Assembly (NCBI GenBank): GCA_013141385.1
Contig: JABFRB010000022.1
Span: forward strand, 92,106 to 156,105
Origin: Bacteroidales bacterium
GTDB taxonomy: Bacteria; Bacteroidota; Bacteroidia; Bacteroidales; Tenuifilaceae
Length of the DNA stretch: 64,000 nt
Direction: 5' to 3'
Program-made: the position numbers and the translations under genes
The notes under the pieces: generated by a model
What the model saw: only the letters and a program-made list of their open reading frames with translations
Databases searched by the model: none
What the model was told of the DNA's origin: nothing
In this document: positions 40,439-49,562 of the stretch, in pieces
How positions within the stretch are numbered: the first letter of the stretch is position 1
How the letters are laid out: each line of letters opens with the position of its first letter

Positions 40439-40589
40439 AATGTTTTCGAAGGGAAAAGCATCGTCTTGTCGTTTTTTTAGCTTGACGCTAACGGGGGTTC
40501 AAAATCCTAATATTAGCGTTGAGTCGGATTTTTAATCCAGCTCAACGTTTGGATTTTATATGTCCGAGTTGACGAGGATAGATGGGGCA

Positions 40590-43109
40590 TTATATCATTT
40601 TTAATATATCTGATGCAACCTCATTAATATGAATAAATGTGACTCTATCACCAATTTTCAAGGATAAATCAAAAGACTCAGAAAAATATTCATTTCTTGT
40701 TACTAAATCTGAAATAATTACTAAATCTTTGTCAACATCTGTAACAATTCCCTCAAGTCTTAATTCTTTGTTTAAAAAATCAAGTTGATTGCGTGAAATT
40801 GTTGTCACTTGAGATATCCACTCCCCAGTTTCCCTATCTCGACTAGTACAGATTTTCCTAGTATCCTTTAAATAATGAGTTTGAACATCCATTAATATAC
40901 AAAAAGGATATGTAAATTCATATGTTGAACCTCTACTTCCTGCACCAACTTCTGCTAATTTTACAATATTAAACTCTTCGTTCTTAGCATGAAGAGAAGA
41001 AACTAAACTAGTTAGATTTGGTAATCTAAATCGGTAAGTTATTTGTTTTTTACATGCTTTTGCTAATGAATTAGCTATTTCTCTTTCCGACAAATCATAA
41101 CTTGACAAAAGATTTTGTGAAAAATCTTTTATGATACAAATAATATCACTCTTATTATATAATCTATTTTTTGAATAACTTGTCGAAGTAATACACTTAT
41201 CCATTAGACTTGCAAATCTACGAGAGGAACCATCTGAAGCATAAATCAGCTGTTCCAAAGCGTCATGTTCTAAACCTCCATTTATTTCAATTATATCAGA
41301 AATTTTAGTTGGTTCAATCTTGTTAATTGATACTACTTTTAAGTAATTATTAACTAACTCAATACAATACTTTCGATAAGCTTCATAATCATCACTAGTT
41401 TTTACATTGTAATCAAGGTTAACAATAGAGCCAAACCTATCCTCATTTAGAATATCTGAAATATCATTAGGATAAACAGCTATTCTAGTAAAATAAGGAC
41501 CACTATTTCTTATAGAATTCATCCAACGCAAAAAACCACTTTCAGAATCATGAAAGAATTCTCTAGGAAAAACAGGAGCAACTTCATCAATTAATAATAA
41601 AACATGAGTAAAATAGTTAGACATATTTTCCTTCAGTGCTACACCAAGCTTCCAGATAATACTTCCTTCCTGATTTGATAAGACTTTCAACTTTTGTTTG
41701 ACACGAAATAAGGCATTTCTAAATTCTGCAGATTTTAATTCTTTATCTTTTATTTCTAAAGCAGATAAGGTCGATTCAAAAATTAATTTTTCAGCAGATT
41801 CAATTATTGTACTTATTGCACTTTTCCATTCAGAACTATGAATTAATGTGAAATTTACAAGTACGGGAAATGATTCACTAACTTTTTTGTCTTTTACATT
41901 GATATCAAATGTATAATTGCCAAATACATTTAAATATCTTAATAGCATTGTTTTGCCAGAACCTCTACTTCCTCTAATTATTGCATCACCTGTGGGTCTA
42001 ACCGCACCCTTATTTCTACCCTCACTAGAAACAAACAACTGAATTATTTGATTTGTTGAGATTTTTTCTGCATTATTAAAAGTAAAGGGATTTCGTTTAA
42101 TTTTGAATTTTTCAATTAAAGTCAAATCCTCCATACTATTAGAAGAAAATGTATCAAAATTAATGATGTAAGGCAAATCAAATACGCTTGGATTTAATTC
42201 AAGTGAATTATCCTCAGTCCAAGCTCCTAAACCCAGTTTGCCACGTTTATTAGGGCTATAAGCTCTCCAATATGATTCAAGTTTTTTATTATGCGAATCC
42301 AAAATGTGAATAGTATATTGATTTTGAATTCCATCAGTCCGTTGACTTCTATCAACTCCAGCAGACCCTGAACCGGAATATATAATAACTTTACCATCAT
42401 GTTTAACCTCTTGACACCTATTTTCATGGATATGACCAGTAAATAATATGTTATAACCATTTTCAATTAAAATAGTCTCAATCTCGTAAGAATTATTAAT
42501 AATTGAATTTGATTCCTTTCCATTTTGCTCTATCCTATGATGACATATACATATTTTTGTATAATCATCATTTCCATTGCCAAGTTTCCTAACAATACTA
42601 TTAACAAGCTTCTCTGAATCTACATATCCACAATGATTTAAATGGTCTTCCTTTTCACAACTGTTTATGAACAAAAACTCAATTCCTAATCTATGATCAA
42701 AGAACCGATTATAAAACTCGGGACTTATCCTAGAGTATTTATTACATGTATTATATGCAAACTTATTATAATTACTATACTTCAGATTAACATCGCCAAC
42801 ATCTGATGATATCTCTGCTAATTTCCAATTAATATCATGATTCCCTGGTACACTTAAAACAGAGTCTTTGTCAATAGATATTTTTCGTGCTAAATTATTG
42901 ATAACATTCTCAGCGTCTAAAAATTCATCTGCATGCGCAGTTTCAGTTATATCACCTGTTAACAAAATATAAATTGGCAAAAACTGAAATTTATCCGCCA
43001 TAAAATTGATATCATTTGCAATCGATTCATAAATTTTAGAAGGATTTCCAAAACGATGTTTTGCTCCAAATTGCAAATCTGACAATTGAATAATTCCGTA
43101 TCGTATCAT
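40590..43109 (-). CDS. Calcineurin-like metallophosphoesterase (Mre11/SbcD-like) fused to P-loop NTPase with C-terminal unknown domain; candidate defense protein
   Basis: 839 aa; N-terminal motifs SDLQFG, LTGDITE, VPGNHD, ICICHH, FTGHIHEN (phosphoesterase motifs I-V); Walker A IIRGSRGSGKTMLL and Walker B HVLLLIDEV in the middle third; ~300-aa C-terminal region without recognisable motif; AT-rich codon usage. Confidence 0.6.
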   Translation of the reverse strand: MIRYGIIQLSDLQFGAKHRFGNPSKIYESIANDINFMADKFQFLPIYILLTGDITETAHADEFLDAENVINNLARKISIDKDSVLSVPGNHDINWKLAEISSDVGDVNLKYSNYNKFAYNTCNKYSRISPEFYNRFFDHRLGIEFLFINSCEKEDHLNHCGYVDSEKLVNSIVRKLGNGNDDYTKICICHHRIEQNGKESNSIINNSYEIETILIENGYNILFTGHIHENRCQEVKHDGKVIIYSGSGSAGVDRSQRTDGIQNQYTIHILDSHNKKLESYWRAYSPNKRGKLGLGAWTEDNSLELNPSVFDLPYIINFDTFSSNSMEDLTLIEKFKIKRNPFTFNNAEKISTNQIIQLFVSSEGRNKGAVRPTGDAIIRGSRGSGKTMLLRYLNVFGNYTFDINVKDKKVSESFPVLVNFTLIHSSEWKSAISTIIESAEKLIFESTLSALEIKDKELKSAEFRNALFRVKQKLKVLSNQEGSIIWKLGVALKENMSNYFTHVLLLIDEVAPVFPREFFHDSESGFLRWMNSIRNSGPYFTRIAVYPNDISDILNEDRFGSIVNLDYNVKTSDDYEAYRKYCIELVNNYLKVVSINKIEPTKISDIIEINGGLEHDALEQLIYASDGSSRRFASLMDKCITSTSYSKNRLYNKSDIICIIKDFSQNLLSSYDLSEREIANSLAKACKKQITYRFRLPNLTSLVSSLHAKNEEFNIVKLAEVGAGSRGSTYEFTYPFCILMDVQTHYLKDTRKICTSRDRETGEWISQVTTISRNQLDFLNKELRLEGIVTDVDKDLVIISDLVTRNEYFSESFDLSLKIGDRVTFIHINEVASDILKMI

Positions 43110-43650
43110 ATTTTACTTTTTATCAAGGTAGTGTTTTATTGCCTTGCGCATAACTTAATAGGGTTTTATCCCCTGTTTTCCATAACAAAATTAGCAAAAA
43201 ACATGAATGCCCAAAATTGGAAAGATCCAATAATTGAAATCCTTATAATCAAATATAACTCTTTTTATAAATTATCATTGGGCTATACTTTAGAATTATA
43301 GAACAACCCATTGTCCTATTCTATAATTCACTTTTATATTATTTCTCCAGTTTGGATTGGGAATTATTGTAGCATCCAATTTTCTTGCTTCTCTGTGTCG
43401 TTATTTTAAATATTTACATATATTTACGAAACTAATCTTCAAGTATGAATCGTTGGCAGCTTAAATTTAAGATTAAAATTAACCGCACCTGCCTCTGCGT
43501 TCGCTAATTGGATATTATCCCAATATCCCTATTTTCAATATTTTAAATTTCATTTTTCATTATTGATGCCCGCTGTTAAGCATTTTAACAGTTTGGTTTT
43601 ATACGATAATTCAATTATTACATTCTATAATCATCTAAAATAAACATAAT

Positions 43651-45189
43651 ATGACATTAGTTATCAATGGAGCAAACCTCAAGATTGAGGATGTTGTAAG
43701 AGTTGCTCGTTTCAACGAGAAGGTGGAGTTACACCCCGAGGCAGTTGCGAAAATTAATAAGTGCCGTGCAATGCTCGATAAAAAGATTGCTGCACACGAG
43801 ATTATGTACGGTATTAATACTGGTATTGGTGAATTCTCCGAGATTGTTTTAAATGATGATCAGGTTCAGGATTTTCAAAAATATCTGGTTTATAACCATG
43901 CTGCAGGTATTGGAAATGCAATGCCATTGGATCATGTAAGGGGAGCAATGTTAGGTAGAATCAATGTTCATGCTCATGGGAACTCAGGTTGCCGCATTGA
44001 AATCACCCAAACATTGGTTGAAATGCTTAATAAAGGGGTTACCCCTTATGTTTGCGAAAAGGGTTCAGTGGGTGCTTGTGGCGATTTAGCTCCAATGTCG
44101 CAAATTGCGTTACTTTTAATGGGCGAAGGTCATGCTTTCTATAAAGGGGAAAAATTGGAGGGTAAAGAGGCTATGAAGCGCGCTGGCATAACTGTTCCAG
44201 GGCTTCATGCAAGGGATGGTCTTGCTGCTATTAATGGCTCAAATGTACTTACAGCCATGAGCGCATTGATGGTTTACGATACAAATCGATTACTTAAACA
44301 TGCCGAGATTGCTTGCGCTATGTCGTTAGAGGCATTAAAGGCTAACCTAAAACCCTATCATCCAAAAATTCTTGAGGTAAGAGGATTCCCAGGTGGTATG
44401 CGTAGCGCAGCTGCAATCCGTAAGGTTACAAAGGGTGGCGATTTATCGGAAGGTAAGCTAAAAACCAAGGTACAGGATGCGTATTCAATGCGTTCGACCC
44501 CACAGGTTATTGGTGCTGCTCATGATGCGCTGAAATATGCCCGTGAACAGGTGGAAACCGAATTGAATGGTGTTGGCGATAACCCTATTTTCTTTGCTGA
44601 TGAGAATCTTGCTCTATCAGGAGCAAATTTCCAAGGTTCACCAATCTCATTACCAATGGACTTAGTTGGTGCTGCTGTTACAATGGTTTGCGTTCTATCT
44701 GAGCGTAGGATGAACCGCCTGAATAATCCAGCATTAAGCGTTGGCTTACCTCCATTCCTAACCAAAGATCCTGGAATGTTCTCGGGTTTAATGCTAAGCC
44801 AATATACTGCTGATATGCAGATTGTAGAGCAAAGAATTCTTTGTATGCCAGCTTCAATCCAATCAATCCCTGCCGCTGCGGATCAGGAAGATTTTGTATC
44901 CATGGGTATGAATACTGCGCTTAAGAATTTCCAAATTCTTGATAACGCTTATGGTATTCTTGGTATTGAGTTTATGGCTGCTGCACAGGCACTCGATCTT
45001 CGTGGATTAATTGAAACACCTTACAAATACGGTATCGGAACTCAAAAGGCAAAGGATACTATTCGTAAACATGTGAAATTCCTCGATATAGACCGCCCTC
45101 TATACCCAGATCATAATGCGATGAAAGAGCTTGTAAAAACAGGTGAAATCCTAGAGGAAGTTGAAAAGGAGATTGGAAGTTTGGAATAA
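43651..45189 (+). CDS. Aromatic amino acid ammonia-lyase family (HAL/PAL/TAL-like) with Ala-Cys-Gly at the MIO-forming position
   Basis: 512 aa; GSVGACGDLAPMSQ aligns to the HAL GSVGASGDLAPL MIO loop; additional family motifs NTGIGEFS, YSMRSTPQVIGA, GNFQGSP. Confidence 0.8.
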   Translation: MTLVINGANLKIEDVVRVARFNEKVELHPEAVAKINKCRAMLDKKIAAHEIMYGINTGIGEFSEIVLNDDQVQDFQKYLVYNHAAGIGNAMPLDHVRGAMLGRINVHAHGNSGCRIEITQTLVEMLNKGVTPYVCEKGSVGACGDLAPMSQIALLLMGEGHAFYKGEKLEGKEAMKRAGITVPGLHARDGLAAINGSNVLTAMSALMVYDTNRLLKHAEIACAMSLEALKANLKPYHPKILEVRGFPGGMRSAAAIRKVTKGGDLSEGKLKTKVQDAYSMRSTPQVIGAAHDALKYAREQVETELNGVGDNPIFFADENLALSGANFQGSPISLPMDLVGAAVTMVCVLSERRMNRLNNPALSVGLPPFLTKDPGMFSGLMLSQYTADMQIVEQRILCMPASIQSIPAAADQEDFVSMGMNTALKNFQILDNAYGILGIEFMAAAQALDLRGLIETPYKYGIGTQKAKDTIRKHVKFLDIDRPLYPDHNAMKELVKTGEILEEVEKEIGSLE

Positions 45190-45451
45190 AACTTTTAATC
45201 AATAATTAACGTGTTTTCGATATAATTTTTAACACAGAGATTTTAAGTTTTGGATCTAACAAAATGGTTGTTTTAATAAGATACAGACTTGCCATAATAA
45301 TGTTTATTGATATTGAGAAGCACTGCTTGTCCCGATGAAATCGGGAGAGAACGCTGAGGTTTGTTGATTCTGCATAAATGCAAAATCGACAATGCACTTT
45401 AAACCCTCATTTTTCAATGTAACTCCTTGTTTCGAACTAACGTTAATTAAT

Positions 45452-45490
45452 AAAAAAACCCCTCTCTAATTAAATCAGAGAGGGGTTTTA
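45452..45490. terminator. Bidirectional rho-independent terminator between convergent genes
   Basis: AAAAAAA-CCCCTCTCT-AATTAAATC-AGAGAGGGG-TTTTA. Confidence 0.55.
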
Positions 45491-45505
45491 TGTAAATTAT
45501 TGAAA

Positions 45506-48310
45506 TTACTCTTTAACTACTTCAATCTCTCCAATTTTTAGCTTCTTAAGAACTGGTACTTGAGTTTTTGCATCACCAGCAATCACATAGTACATCTTAT
45601 CGGGGTTAAGATATTTCTGGGCTAGCGCTTTTAGCTTATCATTTGTCATGCCAGTTATTATCTCCTCCTCCTGCTTTACATAATCCTTTGGTTTATTATA
45701 GGAGCTTATATCCTGTAACATGCCAATTAATGACCATAAGGTTTCAAAGCGAAGGGCATTCGATTTTAGAAGAGCATTCTTTGTAAATTGAAGCTCTTCA
45801 TCGGTAATACCATCACGATATTTAGTCATAATATCTTTAAAAATATCTACAGACTCAGCAGTTGCAGAAGATCTAACGCTTGCGTTTGCAGTAAATGATC
45901 CCGTAAATTCATTCCCATTGAAATAAGTTCTTGCACCATAAGTAAAACCTTTCTCTTCGCGCAATACCATGTTCACTTTTCCGTTGAATGAACCACCCAA
46001 CTTATAGTTCATAACCTGTAAGGGGTAGTAATCTGGGTTTGTTGCTGATAATGAAAGATTACCAATGTTAATTACGGATTGGAATGCACCTGGAATATCA
46101 ACAATATAAATCTTTGATTTTTCAAGTTGTGCGGGATACTGGTATTCAGGGAACTTAACATCTTTAGAAAGCCATTTATTCCCAAGATCAGCCAATGCAT
46201 TCATAACCTGATCCTGTTTAATACTACCAACAATATGGAAATTAGAAATAGAAGGGGTAAAATAGCTATTGTAGTACTCTTTTAAATCGTCTAATGTAAT
46301 ACTGGAAACTGATGATTCAGTTCCAGTTATTGGAATTGAAAGAATATTACCAGATCCATAAATCAACTTATCAAACTCAAATGCTGCAAGGAAATTTGGA
46401 TTCGCTTTATTCCTTTTTATCCTATTTAAAATATTGATTTTTGCTAAATTGAATTCCACAGAATCCCAACGTGGTTCAAGAAGCATTTCTTGAACAATAG
46501 CCAATGTCTTCTCAAAGTTTCTTGAAAGAGTATTAACATTAATGGATATATTAGTATAATCAACACTAACCCAAATGCTAGCTCCAAGCATTTTAATCTC
46601 TTCCTCCAGCTGCTCTGGTGTTTTATTTTTTGTGCCCTGATTAATAACTTTTGTCAATACGTAGGCTAAGCCTGATTTTTCGAGTTTATCGAGATAGTGG
46701 CCTCCATTAACAACGATATTAAATTGTACCAAAGGAAGTTCGTTCTGTTCAATCCCATAAACCTTCATCCCATTTGCAAGTTTACCATCCCAAATAGTTG
46801 GAATATTGAGTTTTGGATCCTCACCAAAAGCGGGACTTACAGAACGATCGAAGCTAGTTTTGGTTTTTTCTATTTTCTCTTCGGTAGTATCAGCAACTTT
46901 TACTTCAGTTGCATTTGTGATATCCTCTTCAACAACGCTGGCTTTTATCGAACCTTCAACGGCTAACTCAGGTTGTCCTTTAGGAACAAAACTTGTTTCA
47001 ACAAAAGGTTTTCCTTTTATATAAGTGTTGTAAACCCTAATTATATCATCCTTTGAAACAGATTTAAGGTTTTTTAAATCGGCTTTATAGAATGAAGGAT
47101 CACTCGTATATTCATTATAAATTGCTAATTTGAATGATTTCTCAAGTACACTCGAAATTTCGTTGTAGAAATCGGTCTCAAGGCTTGCTTTTACCCTTTC
47201 AATATCATTATCCGTAATTCCATCCTTTTCAAACATTTCGAATGATTCAAAAACAGCTTTTTCAACATCTCCTAGCTTGATGTTTGGGAATGCGGTAATT
47301 GCAACCTGAAATTCACCCGCGAGTTCCTGACTAGTGTTATAAGTTGGGGTTGATGAAGCGAACTGTTTTTCCTTAACTATAATCTTATACATTGGTGATT
47401 TTTTTCCCTCAGAGAGAAGCTGTGCAAGGTATTGTAGGGCATAAGAATCCTTATTATACTGAGGAACTGTTGGCCAAACCATTGTTAGCTGAGATGCTTT
47501 AGCAAAATTATCCTCATGGAACAATTTCTTAGTTTCAGCTAACGTTACTGGCATAGGTTTAGGGCTCTCTAAATCATTCCCCTTAGGTATTTCACCAAAA
47601 TACTTATCTATTAATTTTTTGGCCTCTACAACATCAAAATCACCCGCTAATACTATTGTAGCATTATTCGGTATGTAAAATTTATTATGAAATTCTTTAA
47701 CATCCTCAACAGTAGCATTAAATAGATCCTGCATTTCGCCTATCACCTGCCAATTATAGGGATGTCCTTCGGGGTAAAGGGTTTTACCAATCACCCAACC
47801 TGTATGTCCGTATGGTTGATTATCAACCCTCTCTCGCTTTTCGTTTTGAACAACATTTTGCTGATTAACAAATGCCTTTTTGGTAACTGTATTAGTCAAA
47901 TAGCCCATCCGATCGGATTCGAGCCAAAGAATTGTTTCAAGGGCATTTTTGGGTACTACCTCAAAGTAGGTTGTTCCATCATTTCCAGTACCACCGTTCA
48001 ATTCACCACCTGCGTTTTGTATTATTTTGAAAAACTGGTCTTCGGGCACATTTTCCGATTGCTGAAACATCATGTGCTCAAAAAGATGTGCAAATCCGGT
48101 ATGACCCATTTTTTCACGATTCGATCCAACATGGTATTGCACAGCAAATGCTACAATTGGATCCGATTTATCGGTATGAAGGATTACATCAAGACCATTC
48201 GGTAAAGTGTATTTTTCATACTCTATTTTTAGATCCTGTTTTTTATCGTTGGAACAGGACATAACCAGAACAAATACTGCTGGCAGTAATAAGCTAAAAT
48301 ATTTTCTCAC
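45506..48310 (-). CDS. M16-family zinc peptidase (two-unit insulinase/pitrilysin-like), lipoprotein
   Basis: 934 aa; signal/lipobox …VLVMSC; inverted zinc motif HxxEH in GFAHLFEHMMFQ; length fits the tandem M16 active+inactive unit arrangement. Confidence 0.8.
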   Translation of the reverse strand: MRKYFSLLLPAVFVLVMSCSNDKKQDLKIEYEKYTLPNGLDVILHTDKSDPIVAFAVQYHVGSNREKMGHTGFAHLFEHMMFQQSENVPEDQFFKIIQNAGGELNGGTGNDGTTYFEVVPKNALETILWLESDRMGYLTNTVTKKAFVNQQNVVQNEKRERVDNQPYGHTGWVIGKTLYPEGHPYNWQVIGEMQDLFNATVEDVKEFHNKFYIPNNATIVLAGDFDVVEAKKLIDKYFGEIPKGNDLESPKPMPVTLAETKKLFHEDNFAKASQLTMVWPTVPQYNKDSYALQYLAQLLSEGKKSPMYKIIVKEKQFASSTPTYNTSQELAGEFQVAITAFPNIKLGDVEKAVFESFEMFEKDGITDNDIERVKASLETDFYNEISSVLEKSFKLAIYNEYTSDPSFYKADLKNLKSVSKDDIIRVYNTYIKGKPFVETSFVPKGQPELAVEGSIKASVVEEDITNATEVKVADTTEEKIEKTKTSFDRSVSPAFGEDPKLNIPTIWDGKLANGMKVYGIEQNELPLVQFNIVVNGGHYLDKLEKSGLAYVLTKVINQGTKNKTPEQLEEEIKMLGASIWVSVDYTNISINVNTLSRNFEKTLAIVQEMLLEPRWDSVEFNLAKINILNRIKRNKANPNFLAAFEFDKLIYGSGNILSIPITGTESSVSSITLDDLKEYYNSYFTPSISNFHIVGSIKQDQVMNALADLGNKWLSKDVKFPEYQYPAQLEKSKIYIVDIPGAFQSVINIGNLSLSATNPDYYPLQVMNYKLGGSFNGKVNMVLREEKGFTYGARTYFNGNEFTGSFTANASVRSSATAESVDIFKDIMTKYRDGITDEELQFTKNALLKSNALRFETLWSLIGMLQDISSYNKPKDYVKQEEEIITGMTNDKLKALAQKYLNPDKMYYVIAGDAKTQVPVLKKLKIGEIEVVKE

Positions 48311-48653
48311 TTGAGTAAAATTAAATTAAACAATTAACAAATTGCAAGTTACAAATCAAAGAGTATAGTTACTAATATTAATATTATGGATCACCTAAAA
48401 AAAATAGAATTTTTGAGTTCATAAACTCATTTCAATACTTTTTCAGTTAGTCTACAAAAATGGATGTTTCATCCAATTTAATTCAAAATATTTAATAAAG
48501 TTATTACAAAGAAATTTATTTTCATAGAAAACTGATATTTTTGAGAATTAAAAATAATAATTGTTTCATTATCAAATAAAAAATTGGAATTGAAGTTAAT
48601 TCGCTTTTTAACTCAAAACCAATAATTGAAATGCGCCTTTAAATATAATAAAA

Positions 48654-49301
48654 ATGTCTGTTCCATATAATAAAACATTTGAACAAGTTGTAAAATCGAA
48701 AAGATCATTACCAAATTTTTCAAATGAAATTCCACCTATCGATTTATTAAATGAAATAGTTAAATCCTGTATTCATGCACCATATGCTGGAGCCTTAGGA
48801 ATGCCACTTAATGAGGTAAGAAAGATTTATATCTTCAAGCAAGGAACTGAATCAATGACAATTGCAAGAGATATTCTGCTTTCAGAAATAAAGAAAAATT
48901 CTAGAAAAATTTATGCTATTTTAAAATTTTTACCATTTCTTAGAAAGAAGGCAAAACCTTTTGCATATAGACTTAGAGTGTTTTCACCAAAAGGAATCCC
49001 TTTACTTTTTGAAGCACCATTTTTTATTGTTATTGCAGAAAAAAAGGGATTTCCTATGGTTAACGAAGAATCATTAACTCATGCTTTGCAAAACATGTGG
49101 TTAACTGCTACTAATCTTGGGTTAGAATTTCAGCTTATTACAGCAATTCCGCACATGGCAAACAATAAACAATTTCTTAAACTTCTGAAGTTAAAGAAAG
49201 GCGATTATGCTTTAGACGGTTGCGTAGTTGGTTACCCGTATAACCATGCGAAAGAAAGTAAGGATTATGAATTTGAAAAATTCGTAACTTGGGTCGAATA
49301 A
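48654..49301 (+). CDS. Nitroreductase-family-like protein
   Basis: 215 aa; N-terminal …VVKSKRSLPNFSNE… resembles the nitroreductase RS(I/V)R.F motif; weak. Confidence 0.35.
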   Translation: MSVPYNKTFEQVVKSKRSLPNFSNEIPPIDLLNEIVKSCIHAPYAGALGMPLNEVRKIYIFKQGTESMTIARDILLSEIKKNSRKIYAILKFLPFLRKKAKPFAYRLRVFSPKGIPLLFEAPFFIVIAEKKGFPMVNEESLTHALQNMWLTATNLGLEFQLITAIPHMANNKQFLKLLKLKKGDYALDGCVVGYPYNHAKESKDYEFEKFVTWVE

Positions 49302-49562
49302 ATATCTTCATCAAAATGTTGTTACATAAGAGATATAACAGACGGGTTAACCCGTCTGTTAATATATCAGTTGCTGATTTCCTATCTTTCATTTGATATT
49401 ATAATCGATATAAAATTTCACTTGAAATTAAACGCAAGGCAAAAAAATTACTCTAATTTACCAAACTAGCAACTTGTAACCAGTAACTAGCAACTTAGTT
49501 TGATTATTACAATTACACTAGTTATGAATTAGCATCCGATTCAGTATAAACTTGTAAAAATT

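Larger units (their letters stand above)
37968..40497. repeat. Tandem duplication, 2 x ~1.26 kb, of [84-bp element + 3-gene TA cassette]
   Basis: Unit 37968-39230 and unit 39231-40497 are nearly identical at DNA level (encoded proteins identical except the C-terminus of the small protein, …KILRS vs …KILRSQKS). Confidence 0.85.

Noticed and set aside
37771-40497. Interpretation of the TA cassette array as a bona fide integron (attC-bounded cassettes)
   Set aside because: No intI-type tyrosine recombinase or attI is visible in the window. The 84-bp element does not show a clear RYYYAAC…GTTRRRY core pair. Tandem duplication by unequal crossing-over explains two identical units more simply. Kept only as an analogy.
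43086-43301. 71-aa ORF upstream of the phosphoesterase-NTPase gene
   Set aside because: Overlaps the 5' end of the large minus-strand gene and continues into AT-rich intergenic DNA. Low-complexity Ile/Leu/Lys composition expected from AT-rich sequence. No start context.
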